The notes beneath the pieces are model-generated. The model saw only the letters and a program-made list of their open reading frames with translations, was not told the origin of the DNA and searched no databases. A stretch of DNA of 64,000 nucleotides from the human T2T-CHM13v2.0 reference genome, Homo sapiens: NCBI RefSeq assembly GCF_009914755.1, contig NC_060926.1. One strand, written 5' to 3'. Below, one piece after another: positions 48,954 through 60,915 of the stretch. Numbering within the stretch: the first letter of the stretch is position 1; the number at the start of each line of letters is the position of its first letter. A program made the translations under genes and the position numbers.

Positions 48954-50495
48954 AAAAAATTGATAAGCTTGACTTTATTAAAATTAAAAATTTCTACTCT
49001 GCAAAAAGACTGCAGAGGGAATGAAAACATGAGCCACAGAATAAGAGAAAATATTTACAAAATATATATTTGTTAAGGAACTGTTATCCAAAATATACAA
49101 AGAACTCTTAAAACAAGAAAATAACCAATTAAAAGTAGGCTAAACATATTAATGAGAATCTCACTGAAGAAGATATATAGATGAAAAATGAGCAGATGAA
49201 AAAAACTTCATATTACATGGACTTTGGATTATAATGATATGAAAATTTAGGTTTTTCAATTGTAACTAATGTACCATTTTGGTAAAGAATGCTGATAATG
49301 GAGTGAACTATGCTTGTGTGGGTTCAGGGATTATGTAGAAAAATAGTCATACCTTCCTATCAATGTAGTTGTGAACCTAAAACTCCTCTAAAAAACAGTG
49401 TTAAAGAAAAAAAAAAAACAAAAAATCTATTGGGTAGAAAATTTAAACTATAAATATCTACATAAAATTCAGAATAGGATTAAATTTTATTCAGAATATG
49501 ATTAAATAAATGAAAAAGGCATGTCATAGACAATATGAATTATTTGAGATGGGAAAATATCACCATTGTCTTTTGAAATTCAGAGATATTATATATATTG
49601 GCATGTTGGCAACTGGGCTTTGTGAAGAAGGTATTTTCCTAAGATTAGAGGTTGATGGAAAAAGAAACAGGGCATCCCTTTCTTCTGCGGTTATAATAAA
49701 CCCAGCCACTCTCAATAAATACAGATATGCTAGTAAATAAACCTCTAAATCAATGACTTTGAGGTTAGGAGAGCTTCTTCTGCTTTTTACTCTTAGGAGT
49801 TACCAGACTTTCAGTTAGAGTTATTAGTCACTTACAGCTCAACTGGGTAAAGAGTTGATTAGCGAGACTAGAGAAAAAAATAGTAAGGCCGGATTGTGAT
49901 GAAGGGATTTACCAAGCCTTATAGAAGTGATACTTTGTTGAGATTAATGGGTGAGATCAGAGCAGAACCCAGTGAAAAAAATGAATTACATAGTGGATAA
50001 GAAGTGTCAGATAAAAAAGGAAGCCTAAATGTAAACCAACCAATGTGAGAAGATTGAGTTTCTTTTTAATTATGTGATCAAAATATCATGAGAAGAGGAG
50101 TAAAGGCTTGGAGTATCCTGCAGTTATAAATTTCTAATGAGGTAAATATTTTGTACATATAAATCCAATGTGGATAGCTTTAGAAGGGCTTTACTTTAAG
50201 TGTGACTGGTACTGCTTCTGCCAATGTTTATATTGAGGCATGCTCAGACCCTGTACATTACTACTTGATTCTCAGTTCTACCATAGCCATTTAGTTTCCA
50301 GTCCTGGAGACAAAATTAGAGCAAAGAGGGCAAACATTGACAATAGCAGCAAGTAATAACTGGTAGCCAGCTTGTCAAAGGGGCTATAAGAAGTAAGGTG
50401 CAGAGTTCATGGATGTGATTACATGAGCCTGATTTATCAAGATAAGTGGGACTGACGTAAGATTTATTTAATAGTGATATTTAAAATGTTAACTA

Positions 50496-50634
50496 GTTTG
50501 GTGCAGTGGTGCACACCTGTAGCCACAACTACAGAGGAGGCTGAGGCAGGAGTATAACTTGTGCCCAGAAATTTGGGCCAAGCCTGAGCAACATAGCGAG
50601 TCCCATCTTTAAAAACAATTAATTTAAAAAAAAG
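50496..50634 (+). mobile_element. FLAM-like Alu monomer
   Basis: GGTGCAGTGGTGCACACCTGTAG...GGAGGCTGAGGCAGGAG...AGCCTGAGCAACATAGCGAG, A-rich tail, TSD-like AAAA(T/A)GTTAAC. Confidence 0.85.
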
Positions 50635-52387
50635 TTAACCACCAAATATGTGGCAAATTTTTGGGGGGGTCTACTTCCTTTTTCAACAGCGTTATGTTGA
50701 GAAATAGTTGAAATAAGTCAGAACTATTTATGTTGTTTCCTTAATATGTAAGGTTGAAAATATTTAACATCTTTGAGATTCAATTTCAGTAACTGTAAAA
50801 TGATACATAGATATTAAATATATATACATACATCATTGATTTAATAGAATGATTAATAAAATACCCACATATAACAAATGTTCTCTATGTATGTAATGTA
50901 TAATGCTGTCTCCTTATACACAGACACACATGCACTTAAACGTGACATAGGCATAGATTGATGTTCAATCAATAGAAGCTAAAATTGCAGTTTTGATCAG
51001 GAGGTAAAGGAAAATATAAAGTTACATTTTTAGCTAGGTCTGATTTCAAATGCCAGCTATTGAAACTTTTTGCCTTTCCCATTACTAATTGGATGATGAC
51101 TCTTCAGATTGGGAATTTTTGAAATATCATGAGAAAAAGAGCTCCTCATGTGTTTAACCTTAGATAGCCACACATATCATCACACAGCGACCCGGAAGCT
51201 TATAGAGTCAAATGTGGATGGCATTATCAATGATATTGTTTCCTTTTTGCTGGAAGAAAATCGGTCTAAGAGAAACAAACCAAAACAAAACAAGAAAATG
51301 AAACAAAAAACACATTCGAATTCACCACAGTCAGAAAGCTGACATCATCCAAAGCTAATTAAATGCTTGTTTAACACAGTTTCCTTTAACCAGTATCTCA
51401 TTACTCTGATCTCAATTCCATTCTCTGAAGCCATGAGGGACTCTCTTGAGTTTCTTTTTTCTCAACAGGCGGTGTAAGAATGAGAATAACATGTGCAGAG
51501 ATGTCTATCTGATGTCAGTAATTTCATTTTAATAAAAAGCTTCTTGTTTTCCCATTTTTATTTGACAGGTGTGACGATGTATTCCTAGAATTGAAATGAA
51601 CCTTCTTTATATTTTCTTTTATTAATAAAGATATCTATTGAAACATAGTCTAAAAGGTTTTTATAACATGAAAACAAGGTGTCAAACCTATTAAATACTT
51701 AGGCAAACCAATAATTTTTATGCAGATTAAAATTCAATACAGAATGCACATTTATTCTATTTACTACACTGTGCCAATGAGGAAGAAATCAGTCTCTGCA
51801 ATAAACAGAACTTTATGTCTTGTTGGAGAGCTAAAATCTCAAAAACAAGCGCAACTTCACATTTTATGATGCAGAACAAATACCGCGACCCCATTATGTA
51901 TCTTCAGTGTTCTACCCTGTTGGACAAATTCTGAGACTCCTTCATAGATCCTAAGTCTATCACCATAAGTTTTTTTTTCAACTGCATGGTATCAATATCT
52001 CATTAAATAGCTGTTGTTTCCTACTTTTGTCTGCAAGGTATATCTTTCTCTTTGTTGTTAAGAAGAGCATGGTCTCCTCTCCCCTCCTAGTGTCCAAAAA
52101 CTTCTCTTTCCTTGCTCACTAGCAGACAGTTTCTTGAAGGTCTTAGGTTTTGCTCATGTATAAATCATAATTTTGCTATATTAAGAAACAAAGATGTTGT
52201 AGTCACCCAGCTACTGGCTAGTATTAATTCATCTCCTTTTTTCCTAAAATAAAGGACAAGGGCTTTTTAAACATTCTGAGTCTGTAGTCTTACTTTCCAT
52301 AAGATAAAACGCATCCCAAATAATGCTTCCCAAATAATATTGCTAAATAATCCAACAAGCATAATATGATATGTGTAATACTAGCAC

Positions 52388-53603
52388 TTTTTAAATTATA
52401 CTTTAAGTTCTGGGATACATGTGTGGAATGTGCAGGTTTGTTACACAGATATACGCATGCCATGGTAGTTTGCTACACCCATCAACCCATCATCTACGTT
52501 AGGTATTTCACCTAATGCTACCCCTCCCCTATCCTCCCCACCCCCTGACAGGCCCTGGTGTGTGATGCTCTCCTCACTGGGTCCATGTGTTCTCATTGTT
52601 CAACTCCCACTTATGAGTGAGAAAATGCGGTGTTTGGTTTTCTGCTCCTATGTTAGTTTTCTGAGAATGATGCTTTCCAGCTTCATCCATGTCCCTGCAA
52701 AGGACACGAATTCATCCTTTTCTGTGGTTGCATATTATTCCATGGTGTATACGTGCCACATTTTCTTTATCCAGTCTATCATTGATGGGCATTTGGGTTG
52801 GCTCCAAGTCTTTGCTATTCTGAATAGTGATGCAATAAACATATGTGTGCATGTGTCTTTATAGCAGAATGATTTATAATCCTTTGAGTATATACCCAGT
52901 AATGGGATTGCTGCGTCAAATGGTATATCTGGTTCTAGATCCTTGAGGAATGCCCACACTGTCTTCCACAATGGTTGAACTAATTTACTCTCCCACCAAC
53001 AGTGTAAAAGCATTCCTATTTCTCCACATCCTCTCTAGCATCTGTTGTTCCCTGACTTTTTAATGATCGCCATTCTAACTGGCATGAGATGGTATCTCAT
53101 TGTGGTTTTGATTTGCATTTCTCTAATGACCAGTGATGATGAGCTTTTTTTCATATGTTTGTTGGCTGCATAAATGTCTTATTTTGAGAAGTGTCTGTTC
53201 ATATTCTTTGCCCACTTTTTGATGGGTTTTTTTTCCCTGTAATTTGTTTAAATTCTTAGTAGAGTCTGGATATTACCTCTTTGTCAGATGGGTAGATTGC
53301 AAAAATTTTCTCCCACTCTGTAGGTTGCCTGTTCACTCTGATGATAGTTTCTTTTGCTGTGCAGAAGCTCTTTAATTAGATCCCATTTATCAATTTTGGC
53401 TTTTGTTGCCATTGCGTTTGGTGTTTTAGTCATGAGGTCTTTGCCCATGCCTATGTCCTGAATGGTATTGCCAAGGTTTTCTTCTAGGGTTTTTATGGAT
53501 TTCGTCTTAACGTTTAAGTCTTTAATCCATCTTGAGTTAATTTTTGTATAAGGTGTAAGGAAGAGAACCAGTTTCAGTTTTCTGCATATGGCTAGACAGT
53601 TTT
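52388..53603 (-). mobile_element. 5'-truncated L1PA7-like 3' end (about 1.2 kb)
   Basis: TTATACTTTAAGTTCTGGGATACATGTG... through ...TTTCTGCATATGGCTAG, with an ORF2 C-terminal peptide at 52735-53013. Confidence 0.96.
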
Positions 53604-56283
53604 AAAAACCAGGAAACTAACTTTTGGAGAGGATAATTTATCACATATTATACAAGTGATAAAACCAGAACTTAAGGAAGCCTTGATTCTTAGAACCCCT
53701 GTTGGAACGTCATGTTTCTCCTTTGATTAAAGTACCCATTACATAGTTGCAGCACTCTCTTCCAAGCAAATGTAATCTTCCAGGAAATTGGTCTGAAAGC
53801 TTCTTTGTAGAGCAAATGACTTTGTAGAGAAAATGGCTTTGAAAAGTCTGTTGAGGGGCAGAACTCTGCAAGCATGTTAAAGCAGAAAGAGAAAGACATC
53901 TAGCTCAATAAAGAAAAGAGGGAGGAAGCTAAAAAGCTGAGCAATGTCAGCGGGTAGGGTAAGGGGAGTGGGTGGTCCCTAGTTGCTAGAAAGAATGAAC
54001 AGAGACTTTAAGGAAAGTCTGATTGTCTCCTGGAATTGATGGTGGTGCCTCAATTTTTTTTTTGTGCACAATCTATAGTAAATCTCAGATTGCATTTTAT
54101 TTTGAAGAGGTGTTTTTTTTTTGTTTTTTGTTTTTTGTTTTTTGTTTTTAAAGAATGTGGAGAAATGCCAAGTACTGCTGCAAGGATAGACTGCTACAAC
54201 TGATGCTCACTGGGCATCTGACTTTTGGTATCATACCCTTCTCAGAAATATGCTGAAAATATATGAGAAAAGGCATAACTCCTGCTGTCAAGGAACTTAA
54301 AATGTAGTTGAAATGTTGAATAAAACTTATAATATGCATTTAATATTTTAGCTGGCTAGATTGGTGTTATGTAAGTAAAGAATGTAGATAGATCTGTTAG
54401 GGCCCTTACAGGGATTTAAAGACATTTTAATGATATGTAAATAATATTAATGCCAGTTTTTACAAAAAAAGTATAAAAAGATACAGAACTATTTATAAAA
54501 TATATAAAAATAGTTTCTATCTCTTTTTTATGTTACTAAATATGGATTCCACTTTGATTTGGGGCCACAAGAATCATTTTGCTAATATCACAAGCTAGGA
54601 CTGCTGCATGAGGCAAAAATACCTACAATTTAGCATATGAATAAGAAATCTTAATTTATGTCCAATTCTAGTTCTCTTTTAATTAAATAGATTAATTCTG
54701 TTCTCAGAATCAATGTTAGAAATTGTGTGAACACAAGAAACAAAGGAAGTAAATGGTAAAAGCTCTTCCTTCTATATTTTGCCATCAAAGAAACCAGGCC
54801 AGTGAAAGTGCTTTCTGGAGCTATCTAGATGCAGAGAATTTTCCAGCTGAGCCCTCCCCAGTTGCATTCACAGAATAGGCATGATGTGTGACAGGCTTAG
54901 CAGCCTATCTCAATCTAAAGAATTTAGAGAAAAATAAAGCAGAAATCTAAAGAATAAAAACACAATGTAATTTCAACAGTGGGCTTACTTTTTTTTTCTA
55001 AACTAATACACTCTAACATGTTCCACGGTAATAAGGACTATTTTTGTATTATTGTGTGTTCTATTATATTCTGTCATGAGAACTATTTTTCAGAGACTTA
55101 TATCTAAAAGTATTGTTATATTTTTCTTTATCATTCTAATGGCAGAGATTATACTTCCAAGAACAGAACATTTTTCCAAAAAAATAATAATAGATAATCA
55201 TTTCCTTTGAGAAGGTCTATAATGAGGGCAGAGTGTGAAGGGGGAGAGAGTGTACATTCATTTTTGTGACAAATATTTTAATGCACAGAATATTATGGAC
55301 CATTAATCCATTTGTATGACAGGCTTAGGTTGGACTACCACGGGACTTTGGAGAATGTCATATTCTATATTGGTTTCTTTCTCCAGAAGGAAAATTATTC
55401 ATCTGGTGGAATATGGAAGAATACAAATTGAAAGTACAAATTTATCCTGCCAAACTACATATAGAAGCATTTCTCCCAGCAATTTCTGTAAACACCCATT
55501 TTCCAGCACCGTATTATACAATTGCCATAATTAATTAGCTTTATGGGGCTGTGCTCGGCAGTCACCTGCTTTGAGAAGGAAATTAAAGTAACTGTTTGTG
55601 ATAAATAATTATTATTGTGGCTAAAATTATAAACCATACTGTTCTGATTACGTCAAGTTTTCCACAGTAAGGGAAATAAATATTTCTAGAAGTCATTAAG
55701 CTTTCCATAGGGAAAAAGATAATTAAATGAAAGGTATAAATATTTATCAGTCAACGGCATAACCAAAGATCTAGGGTTACAATGCAGGAGAGGTCAGAAC
55801 TCAAAAGTTTTTATGTATTTTCTATCCTTGTCATCTGATTAAGAGTAAATATCTTTTCTGAATTAGATGATAAATAATATTGCCTACATAGGTAGATGAG
55901 GCTAGAAATCTGATCTTCCAATATTGCTGATTATCAGGCAACATAGCTAGAAGAGAAATCTATAACAATGAAACCAGATTGCATCTCATTAGTATTCTTT
56001 ATTTTTCTAAAGAATATTAAACAATATTTTAAAAAGCGACAATATTAATTATATATGTTTCTGTATAAGCCAGTCTTGGAGGACACCAGTATAGTTCAGG
56101 ACTGAGTTGAGCTATAGATAGACTTGGACTTTCGCTGAAAAGAGCGGAAAATATTGTATAATGTCTTGGCCCAGGTAAAACAGACAGTAACTAGGCAACC
56201 AGAACTAAAAAACACTAGAAACTAGTTTGGGAAAGCACGTGTTACAGTCTGTGCCACATATCCCATTTTGATCTTACCATATA

Positions 56284-56722
56284 TGTAGTAAGTTGAAAGG
56301 TAGAACCTAGAAAGATATGACCAAATCCCTATCATCTGTGAATATTAGCCTATTCGGGAAATGGGTTTTTGCAGATGTAATAAAATTCGAATCTTGAGAT
56401 ATGATTACCCTGGATTACCCAGGCAGGCCCTAAATCTAATGACAAATGTTCTTCTAATAGAAAAAAGAAGGCACAGACGTCACAGGAAGCAGCAATGTGA
56501 AGACAAAAGGAGCTACAAGCCAAGGAATCCTAAGGATTACCAGCAGCCACCAAAAGAAGAGCATAGAATGGATTCTCTCTGGAGCCTTGGGAGGGAGTGT
56601 AGCCCTGCTGACATCTTGATTTCAAACTTCTGGCTTTTAGGATTGTGAGCAAATATATTTATATTACTTTAAGCCACACAGTTTGTAGTAATTTGTTACA
56701 GCAGCTCTAGGAAACTAATGCA
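56284..56722 (+). mobile_element. MLT1 (C-like) MaLR solo LTR
   Basis: TTTGCAGATGTAAT, GCCCTAAATCTAATGACA, GCCCTGCTGACATCTTGATTTC and TTTGTTACAGCAGC...GGAAACTAATGCA end. Confidence 0.9.
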
Positions 56723-57957
56723 CCGTATTATCCTCAAAGTAAAATGGTAAATAAAAATATACCAAATGGTATATTAAATGGTATATTTAATGGTAAATTA
56801 AAATATACCAAGAAAGTCACTTATAGGGAAAAATAAAAGATAGATATTCCCATTTATGTAACTACCTAAAACTACTGGAAAGACATATGGGCTAAACTTG
56901 CTGACATCTTAGAAGCCTGGCTCCCGCAAGATGGAAAGAAGTTCCAGGTGGGAATAACCCACGTGGACATAAATCCTCTCTACATCTACTAAGCAAAACA
57001 TCTGATGACAATGACAATCTCTGCTTTGGTTTATGAAAATTTTGCCATCCATGAAACCCAATAGGGTGAAAGGGCATGTACAGTGAAAGCCAGACAGACT
57101 TAAGTAAAAAAAGTAGTTTCCTGGCAGAAAACAGGATGGATTTCTGGGAGAGACCAGAAAAAGGGAAAAGCAAATTCTGGGAAATCTCTGGTTGTAGGCA
57201 ACATGGATAAACCATCTACTATTAAGTCCCCCTGCAATATAAACAGCCTGTTGCTCCCCATTAAGATGGCATGGGACACAGAAAACTTTTGGAATGATTC
57301 TTGAGGACCTAATGGAATACGTGGACTGCACCATTTTTTGTTTCTTAATGCCACCTGTTTCAGAACCCTTAATGAACTCTAGGGCTCTGAGTTTTTGTTT
57401 GCTTTGTTTTGTTTTGGGAAGGATGTAGAAGTCCGTGAGGCGGCACGCTGGTTTCAATTTTCCTAGATAGTTGTGTACTTATTTCAACTGCTTGGCTGAC
57501 AGGGATAAATGCTAAGACCCTGTACTTTTAATTCTTTTCACAGTGTTCAGCATGATTTAACAGTTGACATCCACTATGGCGTATCAGAAAGATTGTGCTG
57601 TGCAAAATATTCTTCCATTTGATAACAACAATTTCATTGCCCTTGTATGGCACAGGTGCCATGGGGAAGTCATGGGGATGTACTGGGATCATTTAGATCT
57701 TCCTGATTTTCTAGAAATCCTGAAACCTCTGCCCTGATTCATAGAAGGTTTCAGGCACAGTCCTCTGATTGCCCCTATGGCTACAGTTTTCTACCTGTAA
57801 GTTAAAAAGACAGCAGAAAGCACCAAAAGGGGGGGGAACATTCAGTGATACATAGTGCATAAAATATTTTGGCACACTGACAGATTTAAAGTCAGCTCGA
57901 CCATTTACTTGCTGTGCAATGTGGGAGACATTTCTTACCTGCACAGAGATCAGTTTC

Positions 57958-58400
57958 TCTGTCAGTTAGAAACTATAAACTGCTGCCAGAAACAGAAACT
58001 AAACTTTGATGGCTGAACACAAATGGGTTTATTCTTGCCTCTAAAGTAAGCATGAGGAGACAGTCCAGGGTTGGTATGAAAACTCCAAAAAGTCATAGAA
58101 AACTTGGGTCCTTATCTCTGCTTTCTTTAGTAGATGTCTTCTGTCCTCAAGGCTACCTCAGATTCATGGTGGCTCCAGTTATCACATCCACACTCCAGGC
58201 ATGTGTTAAAAATGTGTGCATTGGTAGGGAAGAGGATAAGAAGGGGACATGCCAAATATTTGCACTTCTCTGCAGGAAATTCTCTAACAGTACTATCAAA
58301 TAGTATTTTGCTTCTCATTTACCTTCCTAGTAGTCATAGAAATTAGAAAAGACCATCCTTTTCTGGATACACTGCATCCCAGTTAAAAAAAAGTCCTATT
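57958..58400 (-). mobile_element. Old MLT1 (J/K/L-like) fragment
   Basis: GTCAGTTAG...AAACAGAAAC...GATGGCTGAACACAAATGGGTTTATT and ATGGTGGCTCCAGTTATCACATCCACACTCCAGGCA. Confidence 0.5.
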
Positions 58401-58617
58401 ACAAAGAATAAGGTTTTTTTTAAGTCATCCAAAAAAATTGAGTAACCATCATTTCAAATACACTCTAATATGACTGAAAGTTGCCAAATTTATTTTCATA
58501 TGGACCTTTGAGTTTTGCCCGCTGCCATGGTACATCTCATACCAAAGCATTGCCCATGCTTCTTTTAGGTACCGGCTTTGATACAATGATCCATATCCGC
58601 TTGTCTCCTAACACCCT

Positions 58618-58850
58618 GCTATTCATTCATTCATTCATTCAACATTTACTGTGATTCAACTATGTGTCAGGTTCCAAGCTGAATAAAATACAGTCTCTAT
58701 TACTACAAGGAGCTCAAAGTCTACTAGGGGAAACAGACATACAGACATACCCAGAACACACACTTGTGCAAAGATAAACACATGAAAAAATTGTTTACAA
58801 TATGTAAGAGTTGTAGAGCCACTAAGACAGGAGCAGTCAGGGAGGGTAGA
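58618..58850 (-). mobile_element. L2 3' end
   Basis: (ATTC)n, CAACATTTACTG, CTATGTGTCAGG and CAAGGAGCTCAAAGTCTA motifs. Confidence 0.8.
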
Positions 58851-58854
58851 ACCC

Positions 58855-59400
58855 CAGAAATCCTCATGCCATCTTCCTGTTAAAGCCTCTTCCCTCCATC
58901 CCAGCATACCTTACCCTGAATTCTTAGAGCCTGAATTGCTTCTTTTAAAACTTTATAATGGTTGCAATCATACCATGTGTGCTTATTTGTGTCAGGCTGC
59001 TGTTAATCCACATATTTTCAAGATCTATCTATGTTGTTGCGTGCAGCTGGAGCTTGTTTCTTGTTTTACAGTGTTCTTTTGTATGACAGTGTCACAATTT
59101 ATTCAATCATTCCACTCTCAGTGGGAATTTTGGTAGATTCTGGTTTTGGAATTTATGAATAATCTTGCTTTAATAAAACTCACCCATTTTTGTAAATATA
59201 TGTGCTTATTCCTATTGGGTATGTATTATAAAATTACTGGGGTATATTTCATGTGCATATTTCTTTTTTGAAGATAATGCTCAACAGTTTTCCAAAGTAG
59301 TGGTATAAATTCTACCTATTTCCATGTAAAATAGCATTTATAGAAATATGTGCTCCCATGAAGAGAGTTCTAGTTCGCCCACATCCTCAGCAACACACAA
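58855..59400 (-). mobile_element. Ancient L1ME-like 3' fragment
   Basis: TTTCAAGATCTATCTATGTTGTTGCGTG, CACAATTTATTCAATCATTC and CAGTTTTCCAAAGTAGTGGTA. Confidence 0.65.
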
Positions 59401-59409
59401 TGCTGAACT

Positions 59410-60915
59410 TAATCACATCTTATCCTTTCTCCCCCAAATCTGTTTCTTCTACATCGTAGTAAGTGACGTAGCTGCATTCCACACTTGTGTGTCTGCACTG
59501 ATTTCTGTTTCATTCCCTGAATTCAATGAAGCACAAAGCATGATTATTCTATTTCTAAATATATTTCTAATGTATCGGTTTCCCCACCTCTGTTGCAAAT
59601 GTCCCACTCTAAACAAACGCAGTATCTCACTTGGTCAACTGCAGTCGCTTTTCAACAAGTATTTCCTTTTTTTCCTCCCTTCAATCCAGTCTTCATACAG
59701 CAGTCAATGGGGTGTTCTGAGATGTGTTAAAAAGTAAATTGTATTATTTGCCATCTTGTTGAGAAATCCTTCATACAAATTGTTCTATAATTCTAATGTT
59801 TTAAGTTTCATTCTTTAGTATGTATCATAACATTATTCTTTTATGGTTAAATAGCATTCCATTGTATAGATATGACACATTTTGCTTGTCATTTCATTTT
59901 TTTGATACACATTTGTGTTATTCTCACCCTTTGGCTATTGTAAATAGAGCTTCGATGAACATTAGTGTACGTTATGCTAAATGAAAGAAGCCAGACACAG
60001 AAGGCCACATATTATAGGACACCATTTATACAAAATATCCAGAGTAGAAAAATCTGTAGCAAGAAAAAGCAGTTTTGTGGTTTACAGGCGCATGGAAGAA
60101 GAAGAATAAGAGTCACTGGTTAATGAGTATGAGATTTCCATTCAGGGTAACAAAAGTTCAGAAATTAGATAATGGAGATGGTTGAACAACATTGTGATTG
60201 TAGTTAATGGCATAAAATGAAACACTTTAAATTAGTTAAAATACTAGATTTTGTATATATTTTACTACAATAACAATTAGATTATAATGAGGGTTGCACA
60301 ACTCTTTGCTAAAATCATTGAGCTTTGAACTTTAAAAGTGTGAATTTTATAATACGTTATTTATGTGTCAATAAAGCTTTTTTTTTAAAGGCCCGTCATC
60401 TAATTCTCATTTACTTTTACAAAATCCCAAACTTCTCATCTTGAATAATCTCACTCCTTTTGATCCATCATTCTCATTTGGAGCCATTCTTCTTAGGTTA
60501 ACTAACCTCACACCCTTTTTAATCTCCTTTTAGTTTCTGTAACACACTGCATCTTCCTTACCTTGAGCCCTCTATGCTTTCCATTCTCTCTCTGCCTGGG
60601 ACATTATTCATCTGGATTCATCTGGATTCTCCTCCATGGCAGAATAATTCTTTCTCTAACTTTCACTTTGAACCTCATCCCTGTAGACAGATCCCTCCGC
60701 ACCCTATACAAATCACCCTCAAGTCGTGCCTCCTGCACTCACATCCATTCAGTTTGCTCCGTCATCATCTCATTACCAGTTATCCATTTAACATCTGTCT
60801 TTCCCCCACTAGGGTATAAGCTCCATGAGAGTGGAGACTATGACTACTTCATCTACTTTCAATAGTATCTGGCACATAGTGCTTAAGAAATATTTATCAG
60901 GAAGAATATTATGAA
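59410..60915 (+). mobile_element. L2 interrupted by an L1MB insertion
   Basis: Pyrimidine-rich L2 sense sequence at 59410-59780, resuming at 60390-60915 and ending ACTAGGGTATAAGCTCCATGAG...CTGGCACATAGTGCTTAAGAAATATTT. Confidence 0.65.
59794..60385 (+). mobile_element. L1MB-like 3' end with an inverted 5' segment
   Basis: Antisense piece at 59794-59970 joined to sense TTATGCTAAATGAAAGAAGCCAGACACA... from 59971. Confidence 0.75.

Noticed and set aside
56909-57457. 182-aa minus-strand ORF, the longest in the window
   Set aside because: Non-ATG start, no recognisable homology or coding-like composition, and no splice context.
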